Made by a program: the position numbers and the translations under genes. A stretch of DNA of 44,840 nucleotides, taken from contig JACPAX010000040.1 of NCBI GenBank assembly GCA_016180585.1, positions 1 through 44,840 of the forward strand. The letters are read 5' to 3'. The DNA comes from Candidatus Omnitrophota bacterium. Its GTDB lineage: Bacteria; Omnitrophota; Gorgyraeia; 2-02-FULL-51-18. Positions within the stretch are counted from its first letter, which is position 1; the number at the start of each line of letters is the position of its first letter. Shown piece after piece: positions 19,821 to 29,400 of this stretch. Under the pieces are notes generated by a model. It did not search any database. It was not told the DNA's origin and was given only the letters and a program-made list of their open reading frames with translations.

Positions 19821-20490
19821 AAGCCCTCTCTCGTGCCAGGTTTGACTCCAGCCACTCCAACACGTCGCCGAAAGTCGAATAGCTCTCGTGTGTGATTTTA
19901 TTTTCCTCGCAAAATTTCAGAAGCTTCCCCTTCGCGAAAGTCAGGTCGGCGGCCTTCGCCGCGAAGCGGTCCGACAGCCCGTCTCCGACGAAGATCACGC
20001 GGTCGCCGGGGCGGCGGTGGGCGTCGATCACGCGTGGTTTGCAGTTGGCGCAGCCATGCGCGCAAGGCGCGCCGTCGCCGGCAAAAACAGCGGCGGGTTT
20101 TTCCCCGCGCCATTCGAGGCGGTTACAAAAAACGGGGAGGTTTTCCAGAAATCCATCGCCGAGCCGGTGGCGGAGGATCTCATGGATCATGACGTCGAAG
20201 CCGTCGCTTACGACAACCGCCGGCGCCGAAAAAAGGGCGGCCATCTTCAGGAATGCCCGAAAATAAGGATCAATCTGTATTTCGAGGGAAAGCTTTTTTA
20301 AATCCTCGCGCGAGACCCGCATCAGGGCGATCTGCCTCGAGAGACATTCCCGCGAGCCGATCCTGCCCTCGGCCCAGTCTTTCTCCACGGACCGCCATTC
20401 TTCCGGGGCGAAGCGTTCGAGCATCAGGTCCACCACGTCGGCGGTCGTCACGGTGCCGTCAAAATCAACGAAGAACTTTATCGGAGTCAT
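19807..20490 (-). CDS. MtnX-like HAD-IB phosphatase
   Basis: Motifs FVDFDGTVT, VVSDG, CANCK and FVGDGLSD. Start at ATG 20490. Confidence 0.9.
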   Translation of the reverse strand: MTPIKFFVDFDGTVTTADVVDLMLERFAPEEWRSVEKDWAEGRIGSRECLSRQIALMRVSREDLKKLSLEIQIDPYFRAFLKMAALFSAPAVVVSDGFDVMIHEILRHRLGDGFLENLPVFCNRLEWRGEKPAAVFAGDGAPCAHGCANCKPRVIDAHRRPGDRVIFVGDGLSDRFAAKAADLTFAKGKLLKFCEENKITHESYSTFGDVLEWLESNLARERAYGRF

Positions 20491-20498
20491 AACCGCTC

Positions 20499-20634
20499 GA
20501 AGCAAGAGGCGTGGAGTATGAAACATGAAAACAAAGCGACAGCTTTCTTTGCCGCTTCCTGTCTCATGCTTCCTGCTTCATGTCTCATGCCTCATGTCTC
20601 ATGCTTCCTGCTTCATGTCTCATGCCTCATGTCT
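20499..20634. repeat. Heptamer-unit inverted/tandem repeat (TCTCATG / CTTCCTG / CTTCATG)
   Basis: About 11 tandem 7-mers at 20554-20634, with a shorter opposite arm at 20499-20530; overlaps the fabF 3' end. Confidence 0.9.
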
Positions 20635-21911
20635 ATGTTTTGGCCGCCGAAGCCGAATGAATTGCTGAGCACGGTGTCGACCGCCGCGCGGCGGGCGTGG
20701 TTGGGCACGTAATCCAGGTCGCAATTTTCGTCGGGCGTCCGATAGTTGATGGTCGGCGGGATGACCCCTTCGCGGATCGTCAACACGCTGGCCACCAGCT
20801 CGACCGCTCCCGCCGCGGCGATCATGTGCCCCAGCATGGACTTGATGGAGCTCATCGGAATGCGGCGCGCTGTTTCGCCGAACACTTCCTTCACCGCCTG
20901 CGTCTCGATCTGGTCGTTGAGCTGAGTGGAAGTCCCGTGCGCGTTGATGCAGTCCACGTTCTCCGGCCGAACGTTCGCATCCTCGAGCGCAAGGCGCATC
21001 GCGCGGACCGCGCCGCGGCCGGCCGGATGCGGATCGGTCAGCCGGAACGCGTCGGCCGTGCCGCCGTAGCCGGTCAGCTCCGCGTAGATCCTGGCGTCTC
21101 TTTTTTTCGCGTGCTCGAGCTCCTCAAGGATCACCACTCCGGCCCCTTCCGAGAGCACGAAACCGTCACGCGTCCGATCAAAAGGCCGCGAGGCGCGCTC
21201 CGGCGGATCGTTTTGCGTCGAGAGCGCCGTCAAAAGATTGAACCCGGCCACGCCGAGCGGATGGATCATGGAATGGCTGCCGCCGCTGATCATCACCTCC
21301 GCATGTCCCATCCGGATGACCTCGGCCGCCTCGCCGATCGCCTGGCTTGAGGCCGCGCAGGCCGTCAGGCAGTTGGACAAAAATCCTTTCGCGCCGAAGT
21401 AATGCGCCAGATGCCGGATGACCTGGCAGGGCTCCTGCTCGACAAGCGTCTCGGGATTCACCCGTCCGGCGCTTTCTCGAAAATAACCCCAGGCGTCTAC
21501 CGAGGAGTCTTCTTTGCGGATCGACCGGGAAACGATGGCGGCGTACTCGCCGAAATCGAATCCCCCGTCGCCGGCCCCCATGTAAATTCCGACGCGCCGC
21601 GAATCCATTTTTTTCCGGTCTATCCCCGCATCATCAAACGCCTCGCGGGCCGCCTCGAGCGCGAAGAGGCTGTTTCTCCCGAGCCTTTTGAAACCGGGGT
21701 CCGCCGAGGCCCAGCCGTCGGGACTGAGATGCTTCACTTCCCCGGCGATCTTGGTCGGAAAAGTGCCCGCGTCAAAGAGCGTGATCCTGCCGATGCCGGA
21801 CTTCCCCTCGCGCAGCGCGCGCCAGGTGTCCCCCACGTTGTTGCCCAGAGGGGTCACCGCCCCAAGCCCCGTGATCACGACACGCCGCGTCTTCACCGCG
21901 TGTCCCTCCAC
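20613..21911 (-). CDS. Beta-ketoacyl-ACP synthase (FabF-like), catalytic triad intact, C-terminus truncated
   Basis: TACAASS, NAHGTST and KSMLGH carry Cys-His-His; the protein ends SNSFGFGGQN-IDMRHET*. Confidence 0.93.
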   Translation of the reverse strand: MEGHAVKTRRVVITGLGAVTPLGNNVGDTWRALREGKSGIGRITLFDAGTFPTKIAGEVKHLSPDGWASADPGFKRLGRNSLFALEAAREAFDDAGIDRKKMDSRRVGIYMGAGDGGFDFGEYAAIVSRSIRKEDSSVDAWGYFRESAGRVNPETLVEQEPCQVIRHLAHYFGAKGFLSNCLTACAASSQAIGEAAEVIRMGHAEVMISGGSHSMIHPLGVAGFNLLTALSTQNDPPERASRPFDRTRDGFVLSEGAGVVILEELEHAKKRDARIYAELTGYGGTADAFRLTDPHPAGRGAVRAMRLALEDANVRPENVDCINAHGTSTQLNDQIETQAVKEVFGETARRIPMSSIKSMLGHMIAAAGAVELVASVLTIREGVIPPTINYRTPDENCDLDYVPNHARRAAVDTVLSNSFGFGGQNIDMRHET

Positions 21912-23155
21912 GCCTTTGTGATCAGCGAGGCGCTGTGGCCGTTGAGCCCGCAGGCGTTTGTCATCGCAAAACGGATGTCCCCCGCTTTTGGCTCCGCCAA
22001 CAGGCGGAATCCCAGCGGCACGCGCGGTCTCTTGAAATTCAATGTCGGCGGGATGATCTGGTTTTTTAAAGCGTAGGAAGAAACGATCACGTCCAAGGCG
22101 CCGGAGGCAAAACCCGTAAAGCCAGTCACGGGCTTTGAGGCGCTCACGACGAGGCGTCGGCCGGCGCCGTTAAAGATCCCTTGAATCGCCAGAATTTCGC
22201 GCAGGTCCTCTTCCGGCAGGCCGATGCCCGAGGCCTGGAGATACCCCAGGCGGTCGGGCCTGATCCCCGCCTCGCCAAGAGCGGCCTGCATCGCCTCCCC
22301 GAGCCCCGTGTCGGAGGAAGAACCGAACCCCACGACTTCGGCGATGATCGAAGCGCCCCTTTTTCGCGCGTGTTCCAGCTCTTCCAACACGAGGAAACCG
22401 GCGCCTTCTCCGACGACAAATCCATCGGCGCCGGCGTCAAACGGCCGGTAAGCGGCCTTCGGGTTCTCGGAGGCCGATTCGGAGAGCACCCCAAGCACTT
22501 GGTACTCCGATAAACCGACCGGATTGACTTTGGATTCGGCGCCGCCGGCAAGAAGCAGGTCCGCGTCCCCGCGCTCGAGAATGCGGAAGGCCTCGCCGAT
22601 GGCCTGAAGCCCCGAGGTCGCGCCGGTCGTGATCGTGTTGTTCATCCCCTGGAAATTGAGAAGAATGGAAATATGACAGGCCGGCATGTTCGGAAGATAT
22701 TTCAAAAGCCAAAGGGGAAAAAGCGAGGGGATCCCTTCTTCGCCGAAGCGTCTCAGGTCCAGCCGGCCGGCGCCGTCCAAAGAATTTCCGATGCTGACGG
22801 CGAGTTCCTCGATCTCATGATTCAGGACGCCGGCGCCGACGATGACGCCGCACCGCTCCGGGTCCAGGCCGGGTCCAAGACGGGCGTCTTTGGCCGCGAG
22901 CGCGGCGCCGGCCACCGCAAACTGGATGTCCCGGGCCATGACCTTCAGCGTTTTTTTCTGGCTGACAAATCTTTCCGCGTCAAAATCAGGCACTCGCGCG
23001 GCAGCCAGCCCTCCCGCGGCGGCCGCACCGTTCCCGTCCAAAGAAACACGCCCTATTCCCGAATCGCCGCGCACGACGGCCTGCCAAAGCGCCTCGGCTC
23101 CTTCACCGGTCGCCGTAAGCGCCCCCGCGCCGGTGATCACGACTCTCTTTCTCAA
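21893..23155 (-). CDS. Ketosynthase-like protein lacking catalytic residues (chain-length-factor-like)
   Basis: KS-fold motifs KRVVITG, YLPNMPAC and RPFD..ADGFVVGEGAG are present, but TGATSG, QASG and KPVTGF replace the Cys/His/His positions. Confidence 0.88.
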   Translation of the reverse strand: MRKRVVITGAGALTATGEGAEALWQAVVRGDSGIGRVSLDGNGAAAAGGLAAARVPDFDAERFVSQKKTLKVMARDIQFAVAGAALAAKDARLGPGLDPERCGVIVGAGVLNHEIEELAVSIGNSLDGAGRLDLRRFGEEGIPSLFPLWLLKYLPNMPACHISILLNFQGMNNTITTGATSGLQAIGEAFRILERGDADLLLAGGAESKVNPVGLSEYQVLGVLSESASENPKAAYRPFDAGADGFVVGEGAGFLVLEELEHARKRGASIIAEVVGFGSSSDTGLGEAMQAALGEAGIRPDRLGYLQASGIGLPEEDLREILAIQGIFNGAGRRLVVSASKPVTGFTGFASGALDVIVSSYALKNQIIPPTLNFKRPRVPLGFRLLAEPKAGDIRFAMTNACGLNGHSASLITKAWRDTR

Positions 23156-23622
23156 GGCCTGGCCCCCGCCACCCCGTAGATGTCAAACTCTTTCAGAAAA
23201 TGCTCGCTAAAAACGATCCGTTTCCCCACACCGCCGTCGAGCGAGTCCATCGTGACCAAAAGAATCTCGGCCTCCGCGACGGGCGTGCCGCCTTCCCGGA
23301 CTACGCCGGTGATCATGGCGCCCTCTTCTTTTTCATCGGCCACTCTGGCCTCGACCAAGAACGCGCAGGGAGGCGCCACCGGCCTGAAAAACCGCGACTG
23401 GTTGACTTTCGCCAGGATCACCTCTTTTTTGAAATCAAAACCCAGGCCATACAAAACGCCGCCGGCCTGGGCGATCATCTCGATAAAAAGCACCTCGGGG
23501 ACAAGCGGACGGGCGGGGAGATGGTCCTTGAAGAAATCCTCGCGGCCTGAAAAAGACTTGGAGGCCCTCGCCAAATCGCCGCGCCTCAATACCTCAAACC
23601 GGTCTAGGAGATCCCAACGCAT
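23152..23622 (-). CDS. FabA/FabZ-like hot-dog dehydratase
   Basis: Motifs FFKDHLPARPLVPEVLFIEMIAQAGG and FFRPVAP. Confidence 0.85.
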   Translation of the reverse strand: MRWDLLDRFEVLRRGDLARASKSFSGREDFFKDHLPARPLVPEVLFIEMIAQAGGVLYGLGFDFKKEVILAKVNQSRFFRPVAPPCAFLVEARVADEKEEGAMITGVVREGGTPVAEAEILLVTMDSLDGGVGKRIVFSEHFLKEFDIYGVAGARP

Positions 23623-24029
23623 CGGGCCACCACGTACCTTTCGCCGCGCACAAAGGAAATCTCAAGCGTCTTCGGACGGGAACGGCCCTCCCGCACCCGG
23701 CAACCAAAAATCCCGCGGCGTTGGGGGACCACCCGGATCCGGTCGAAGAGCGCGGGTCCCATCGCCGGCCGCCGGACCGCTTTAAACACCGCCTCTTTGG
23801 CGGCCAGGACCCTCGCCAGATTCACCGGGGGGTCCTCCCCGCGGCGGATATATTCCGCCTCTTCTGGACTGAAAAAAGAACGCAGGCGCTTTTTATGATT
23901 TCGGTAAAAAACCCGCGCTTTTTTTATTTCTACGAGGTCAATTCCCAAAAGAGAAAAACGCCCGCCTACCACTGCGTCAGCGGACGTCCGTCGACGATTT
24001 AGTGATGGACGTGGGGGCCGGGAAGCCAT
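23604..24029 (-). CDS. acpS: Holo-ACP synthase (AcpS-type PPTase); start uncertain
   Basis: Motifs LGIDLVEI, FSPEE and AAKEAVFKA; adjacent to the ACP gene. Confidence 0.82.
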   Translation of the reverse strand: MASRPPRPSLNRRRTSADAVVGGRFSLLGIDLVEIKKARVFYRNHKKRLRSFFSPEEAEYIRRGEDPPVNLARVLAAKEAVFKAVRRPAMGPALFDRIRVVPQRRGIFGCRVREGRSRPKTLEISFVRGERYVVARCVGIS

Positions 24030-24044
24030 TACTCGACCGCTTGT

Positions 24045-24443
24045 CTACGGCTTGACCATCGCCAGTTTCTCGGAGAGATAATCCACGATCATGCCGACCG
24101 TGAACACTTCGCCCAAATCGGCGACGAGAGGATTCTTTGAAAACGTTTCCCAGTCGGCGCTGGGGATCGCCTGGCGGAGCGCGAGAATTCCTTCGGAGGT
24201 CACGCGACCGTCCTTGACGAAACGCGCGTCGGTCAGAATCTTTTCGGGAAAGAGTTCGCCTTTGGGGATTTTGATTTTAAAAGTTTTTTCGAGACGGAAC
24301 ACGATGTCCAGAAAATCGATGGATTCGGCGCCCAGATCCTTGATGAGGGAGGAACCGGGATGGATTTGGCGATCGTCCACTTTCAGGGCCTGCGAAATCA
24401 CCGCCATCACGCCTTTGACAATTTCATTTTTATCCTGTGTCAC
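24045..24443 (-). CDS. Acyl carrier protein, extended type (132 aa)
   Basis: LIKDLGAESIDFLDIVFRLEKTFKIKIP, then a long insert, then FTVGMIVDYL. Confidence 0.9.
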   Translation of the reverse strand: MTQDKNEIVKGVMAVISQALKVDDRQIHPGSSLIKDLGAESIDFLDIVFRLEKTFKIKIPKGELFPEKILTDARFVKDGRVTSEGILALRQAIPSADWETFSKNPLVADLGEVFTVGMIVDYLSEKLAMVKP

Positions 24444-24470
24444 TTTGAATGCCTACTCCTTATATTGTAT

Positions 24471-25220
24471 TCACCGGCGGCTCAAAAGGCTGATCCCGCC
24501 GTCCACCGTGATGATCTGGCCCGTGATATAACGCGCCTCTTCGGAGGCCAAAAAGGCGACCACCTCCGCGATCTCTTCCGGCTCCGCGAACGATCCGACC
24601 GGAATTCTTTCTTTGATTTTTTCCCCAAATGCCGCGCGCGCCGCGCCCGACATCGCGGTGTTCACCATGCCGGGGGACACCGCGTTGACCAGAATATTTT
24701 TGGAGGCGACCTCCGCCGCCAGGGACTTCGTCAGCGCGTTGACGGCCCCTTTTGAGGCGGCATAATTGGCCTGGCCCACGCCTCCCAACTCGCCGACGAT
24801 CGAGGAGAGGTTGATGATGCGTCCCCCCCGCTGCAAAATCATCGGCCTCAAAACCGCCCGCGTAAAATACACCGTCCCCATGAGGTTGGTCGCCCATACG
24901 TCTTCCCAATCCTCTTCGGACAGCGCCAGAAACAGGCCGTCGCGGATGATCCCCGCGTTGTTGACGAGAACGTCCACGCGGGATTCCCTCTCAAGAACCC
25001 GCCCGACGAAGGCCTCCACGTCGTTTTTTTTCCGGACGTCGCAGGGAAAACCAAACACCCGGCCCTTCGGCGCAGCTTCCCCGGCCCCCGACGTATGGAA
25101 AGTGAAGTAAACCTTCGCCCCTTCGTCGGCAAGGCGCCGGACCACCGCGGCCCCTATCCCCTTCGCGCCGCCGGTGACAAGCGCCACTTTATCATTCAAA
25201 CGATGCGCGGTTTGTGTCAA
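24471..25220 (-). CDS. fabG: 3-oxoacyl-ACP reductase (FabG-like SDR)
   Basis: Motifs TGGAKGIG, NNAGIIRD, NLSS and YAASK. Probable TTG start at 25220. Confidence 0.88.
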   Translation of the reverse strand: MTQTAHRLNDKVALVTGGAKGIGAAVVRRLADEGAKVYFTFHTSGAGEAAPKGRVFGFPCDVRKKNDVEAFVGRVLERESRVDVLVNNAGIIRDGLFLALSEEDWEDVWATNLMGTVYFTRAVLRPMILQRGGRIINLSSIVGELGGVGQANYAASKGAVNALTKSLAAEVASKNILVNAVSPGMVNTAMSGAARAAFGEKIKERIPVGSFAEPEEIAEVVAFLASEEARYITGQIITVDGGISLLSRR

Positions 25221-25230
25221 GTGGTTCGCA

Positions 25231-25632
25231 TCAGACGGGGACAAGCTGAAACTCGGCCGAGAGCGCCTTCCCTTCCGGGGAACCGTCTCTCTCCAAATCG
25301 AGCCGCCCCTCAAAACAGTAGGACGTCTTCTCTTTCCGGACCAACCGGACAAACGCCTTGAGCGTGCTGCCCGGCCTCACAAACTTTCCGAATTTGACGG
25401 CCCCGGCCTCCGACAGCCGGTAAAGTGAATGGCCGTTCCCGCCGCCGCCCTGGCCCAGCAACACGCAGGCGGCCTGCTTGAGCACTTCGAGGAGCAGGAC
25501 GCCAGGCATCACGGGAAACTCGCTGAAATGGTCCTTCAAAAATTCCTCGTTCCCTTTCAGCTCAAAAAAAGCCGTAACGCTCTGGTCCCTCTTTACTTCA
25601 GCGACCTTGTCAATGAAACAAAAACTCCCCAC
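25231..25632 (-). CDS. FabZ-like hot-dog dehydratase
   Basis: Motifs FIDKV, FLKDHFSEFPVMPGVLLLE and VKFGKFVRPG. Probable GTG start after GAAGGA. Confidence 0.87.
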   Translation of the reverse strand: MGSFCFIDKVAEVKRDQSVTAFFELKGNEEFLKDHFSEFPVMPGVLLLEVLKQAACVLLGQGGGGNGHSLYRLSEAGAVKFGKFVRPGSTLKAFVRLVRKEKTSYCFEGRLDLERDGSPEGKALSAEFQLVPV

Positions 25633-25715
25633 ACCGCGTCCTTCTGTTTCGGGCTTAAAAATTGAAAAATATAAGCCCCCACTATAGCATGAAACCGGCA
25701 AAAATACCAAGCGTC

Positions 25716-26459
25716 TTAGGAGGCGCGGCGCTCCGCGCGCAGGTCATGGGCGGGGTTCCCGCCCCAGACCGACCGGGCAGGGATCCGGCTTCCCTTGGGC
25801 AGGAAACTACAGGGGGCCAGGGAGGCCCCTTCCCCGATCTCACAGTCCGGCATGACCACCGACCCCAGGCCGATGGAGACCCGGTTCCCGAGCTTGGTCG
25901 GCGCGAGCCTGAGAAAACCCCGCTCGACCGCATGACAGATGAGCGCGGCGCCGCCGCCGATCACCACCTGGTCGCCGATCTCAAGCATCGACAGGTCCGC
26001 CAGACCCGCCGTGTTGACATTGACGTCCCGGCCGACCTTGGCGCCCATCAGGCGGTAAAAAAGCGTCTGAAACGGCGAGATCCGGAGCACGTCGAGAAAC
26101 GCGCTGTTGGCCAGAAGGATCAGCGAGTTGTACCCCATCCAACGAAGCGCTTCAACCGAATACATCGGGAAAAGCCCGGGGGCGATGCGAAAACCCAAAA
26201 GGTTTTTGGCGAGCACGCAGGTGAGTATAAGCGCCGTTCCGAAAAGAAAATAACCGAAAGCGACGGAAAACGAGAGCGCCAGGAGTTTCAGCCAGACCGC
26301 CTGCGCGGCCATAGCCTTCCACACCCCGTAAAAGAGCGCCACCATCGGAAAAAGGCTCAGGCCCAGAATCGCGACGGCCAAAAGATGGAGCCCCCACAGC
26401 CAGCGGTAGAAGCGCCGCATCTTGCGTTTGGATTCCTCGATTTTATCCCCGGATAACAT
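25716..26459 (-). CDS. Membrane-anchored left-handed beta-helix (hexapeptide-repeat) acyltransferase-like protein
   Basis: Two N-terminal TM helices, YRLMGAKVG, hexapeptide repeats and WGGNPA. Confidence 0.8.
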   Translation of the reverse strand: MLSGDKIEESKRKMRRFYRWLWGLHLLAVAILGLSLFPMVALFYGVWKAMAAQAVWLKLLALSFSVAFGYFLFGTALILTCVLAKNLLGFRIAPGLFPMYSVEALRWMGYNSLILLANSAFLDVLRISPFQTLFYRLMGAKVGRDVNVNTAGLADLSMLEIGDQVVIGGGAALICHAVERGFLRLAPTKLGNRVSIGLGSVVMPDCEIGEGASLAPCSFLPKGSRIPARSVWGGNPAHDLRAERRAS

Positions 26460-26478
26460 CCGCCGATTCTAGCACAAA

Positions 26479-29400
26479 TCAGGCGGCTTGGGAGGCCATA
26501 CGGTTTCCGAGCTCGTAAGCGCGTAGGATCGCGTCGACGCGGTAAGGCACGAGCCCCCATCGTTTCAAGCGGTCGCGAGTAATAGCGCCTTTTGTGAATT
26601 CGATAAATCCAGGAATGTCCCCGCCGATTTTAATCCCAGATGCTTCGTAAACGTCTCTCAACCTTGCGAATTTAGGATCGTGAGGGCGCATACCTTCAAG
26701 CCCGACCTCCGCTTCCACCAAAGCAGTCTGGATAAGCGCGGTCACGTTGTGCATCGTATTCCGCTCCAACGCCCCGGCAACGAGATAAAGCCTCCCCTTC
26801 TCAAGAGACGGGATGCGCTCAGGGTCAATCGCGACGAGAGCGACGCGGCTGGCGTGTTGATGGGACAAGGGCAGCGCTTCGCTTGCATCATAAATAAACC
26901 TCGACCCTCGCGGAAACAAAACGGAGGCCCTGTTTGAGATTTGTTGTCTCTGCTCGGCGGAAGCGCCTTCCAGCACAAGAACGGCGTTCCTCGATCCGGC
27001 TTTGTGTGCCGCACAAATCAGCCAGTCGGTGAACAAACCGTCGGTACGGTGGGTCTCCTCGTTCATGAACCCGGACAATCTTATTTCGAGCACCTTCGGA
27101 GCGTTTGTGATCCACCCCTTGGAACTGGCCTCAACACCCGATGTTTGTTTTCCAAGTTCAAACTGAATATCGGAAAGCATGAGCTCGCTTTTAGAAACCC
27201 GGACCGAGCCGGACTCCAGACGCCCGGACACGCGGTTTCTTCTGAGGACCGCCGTGTAGTTTTTTAAAGTTACGGACTTTTCATCGTTAAAATGCACCGT
27301 CACGGCTCTGGTTTTCTCGTCGAACTCGACTCCAAGAATATCCGGTGCGCCTTGAGACTTTCCGCTCACCGCAAAATACCCCTCGCCTTTGGCCTTAAAA
27401 ACCTGGAGCGCGAAGAGAAATGTCTCTCGATCCTCGGAAACACTTCTTTGGGCATGTCTTAAACCTTGGACATGTTTCACAAACCAGTATTTCCTTGGCT
27501 GGCCTGGGAAAACATTCCTAACTTCAATGCGCCCCGTGGCATCGAGCGACTCGATATGCACCCGTTCCCCGGTATACGGGCCGCTGAAAGCATAGGGAGT
27601 GCTAAGAGGCTGTGAGGGACTCCCGAATAATGTGACTTGATTCATCTCATCGTCCCCCGTCCTTTCGAAAATCAAATACCCGCGCAAATGGTCCAATAGA
27701 AGCAGCCCTTCTCTCAGGTTGAATGGGAGCGTCTCGCCATATTTCAAAACCCCTGTTTCGATTGAAAAATTCTCCGCGCCCAAATTGGCCGCCATTTCGG
27801 CAATGAATCGACTCGCAGGATGCGCGGCTTCGACCAGTACCGGCGGAGCCGCCTGGATATCTACGACCACTTTGAGGCGGTCCGGAGCATTTTCGAGTTT
27901 TTTGAGTAGTGTGACCGGAATGTCCGGAGTCGGCGCTGAATCCCAAAATTTTCCTATAATCGCCTGCTTACCCTTTGTATTCGCAAATAAAAAGACGGAT
28001 CTTGCCGATAAAATAGCTCTAGGCCCTAAAGTTACGCCGATCACGTCGCCGGCCGGATTTGCCAGATTCCCCGCTCCGTTTTTTTGAACCGTTTCCTTTG
28101 TCAGGCAGACCTCTCCGACTGTCAGATCTTCGCTCGTGTTCGGATCGACCATCCAAAAATGCCCGTTTTGTCCGGGAACAGCGACCGCAATATCTATTCC
28201 GCCCATACTCTCCAGTTTTTCCCAGTAATCCTGAGGCGTTGGACTGTCTGAGATAAAATGCACCTGCTCCCGCGAAACTCCTTCGAGATTCTCAAGAAAC
28301 CTCAAAGAATGTGCTGTCGATTTCATATGATCCGGTGTCAAATCCTTGTAATCATAGGCCTGCCACCAGTTGATTTGGTCCAGATTGATTTCCCCGCGTG
28401 TGGCCTTCTCGACGAGCTCCACGGAAAGCTTTTGGTAAATCGGCTCGATCGTTCCTCCGCTCGGCAGGACGACGTTTACTACCGACCTTCCGCTTTTTTG
28501 AATCGCGGCGATTTCCTTCGCGATCAGCACGGCCCCGCCTTCGGCGAAATCTTGAGTGCGAATCACAAATGGGCGAATAAGACTCTCTTTTGCGGATCGC
28601 AACCCGGAGGAGGCTAATTTTTGCTTCACTGAATCTCTCTCTTGTTTCAGATATTCAATTATTTTATCAACCGCCGCGAGGTCTTGAATCGGTAGATCGG
28701 GTCGTTTCCTGAGATATTCATTTACATTTATTTCATTCTCAATCTTCTCCAACTTACCTTGATAATATTCCAGATAATCTTTCAGCCCGACCAGACTCAA
28801 CGCCTCGCTAAGAAACGCCCGCGAAGCCTTGGGCGCGTTTTGAATCAGAGCTTCTTTGGTTATGCCCATCCCTTTTAGGTAACCCGTCGACCAGTTCCGA
28901 ATGGTTTCTTTTTTCGAAGAAGCTTCAAACGCCCGTTCAGCCCGCGGCCAAACCTCGTCCGCAAGCGGCAGATCCAGATCCCCCGTCTGGGCGTTCGACA
29001 CCAGTCGGATCAGTTCTTTAAAAATGATCTCCTCGATTTGAGCGATATTTTCCTCTCCAAGATCCAAAAGCCGCGTGTGAGCAATAGGCTCGATTTGGCC
29101 GCTTTTTATTTCATCTCTAAAAACTTTTCTTAGCTGCGCATCCGTTCTCAGCATCTGAAGTGGCGTGGTCATAAACATCAGATAAAATTTCCCTTGGGTT
29201 TCAAGCCAATGTTCACGCCAATGTTCACGGTTCATCAACGCTTTGAGTTTTCGGATATTATCGAGTGTGTGCTGGGATTCATCTTCCAGAACTACGACAT
29301 TCGTTCCACTTTTTCGCTCCAGAATTTTCACAATGCGGGCTTTTTCCCGTAGAGCGCTTTTTTTAGCAGTATCCAGTAAAATCGCATGGATCAGCATGGC

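Noticed and set aside
20613-25632. Ladderane biosynthesis call
   Set aside because: The radical SAM and desaturase-like genes of anammox clusters are absent from the window; only the FAS-like core is similar.
27061-27073. GTTCATGAACCCG inside the giant gene, resembling the REP
   Set aside because: Only a partial match with no second arm; likely chance.
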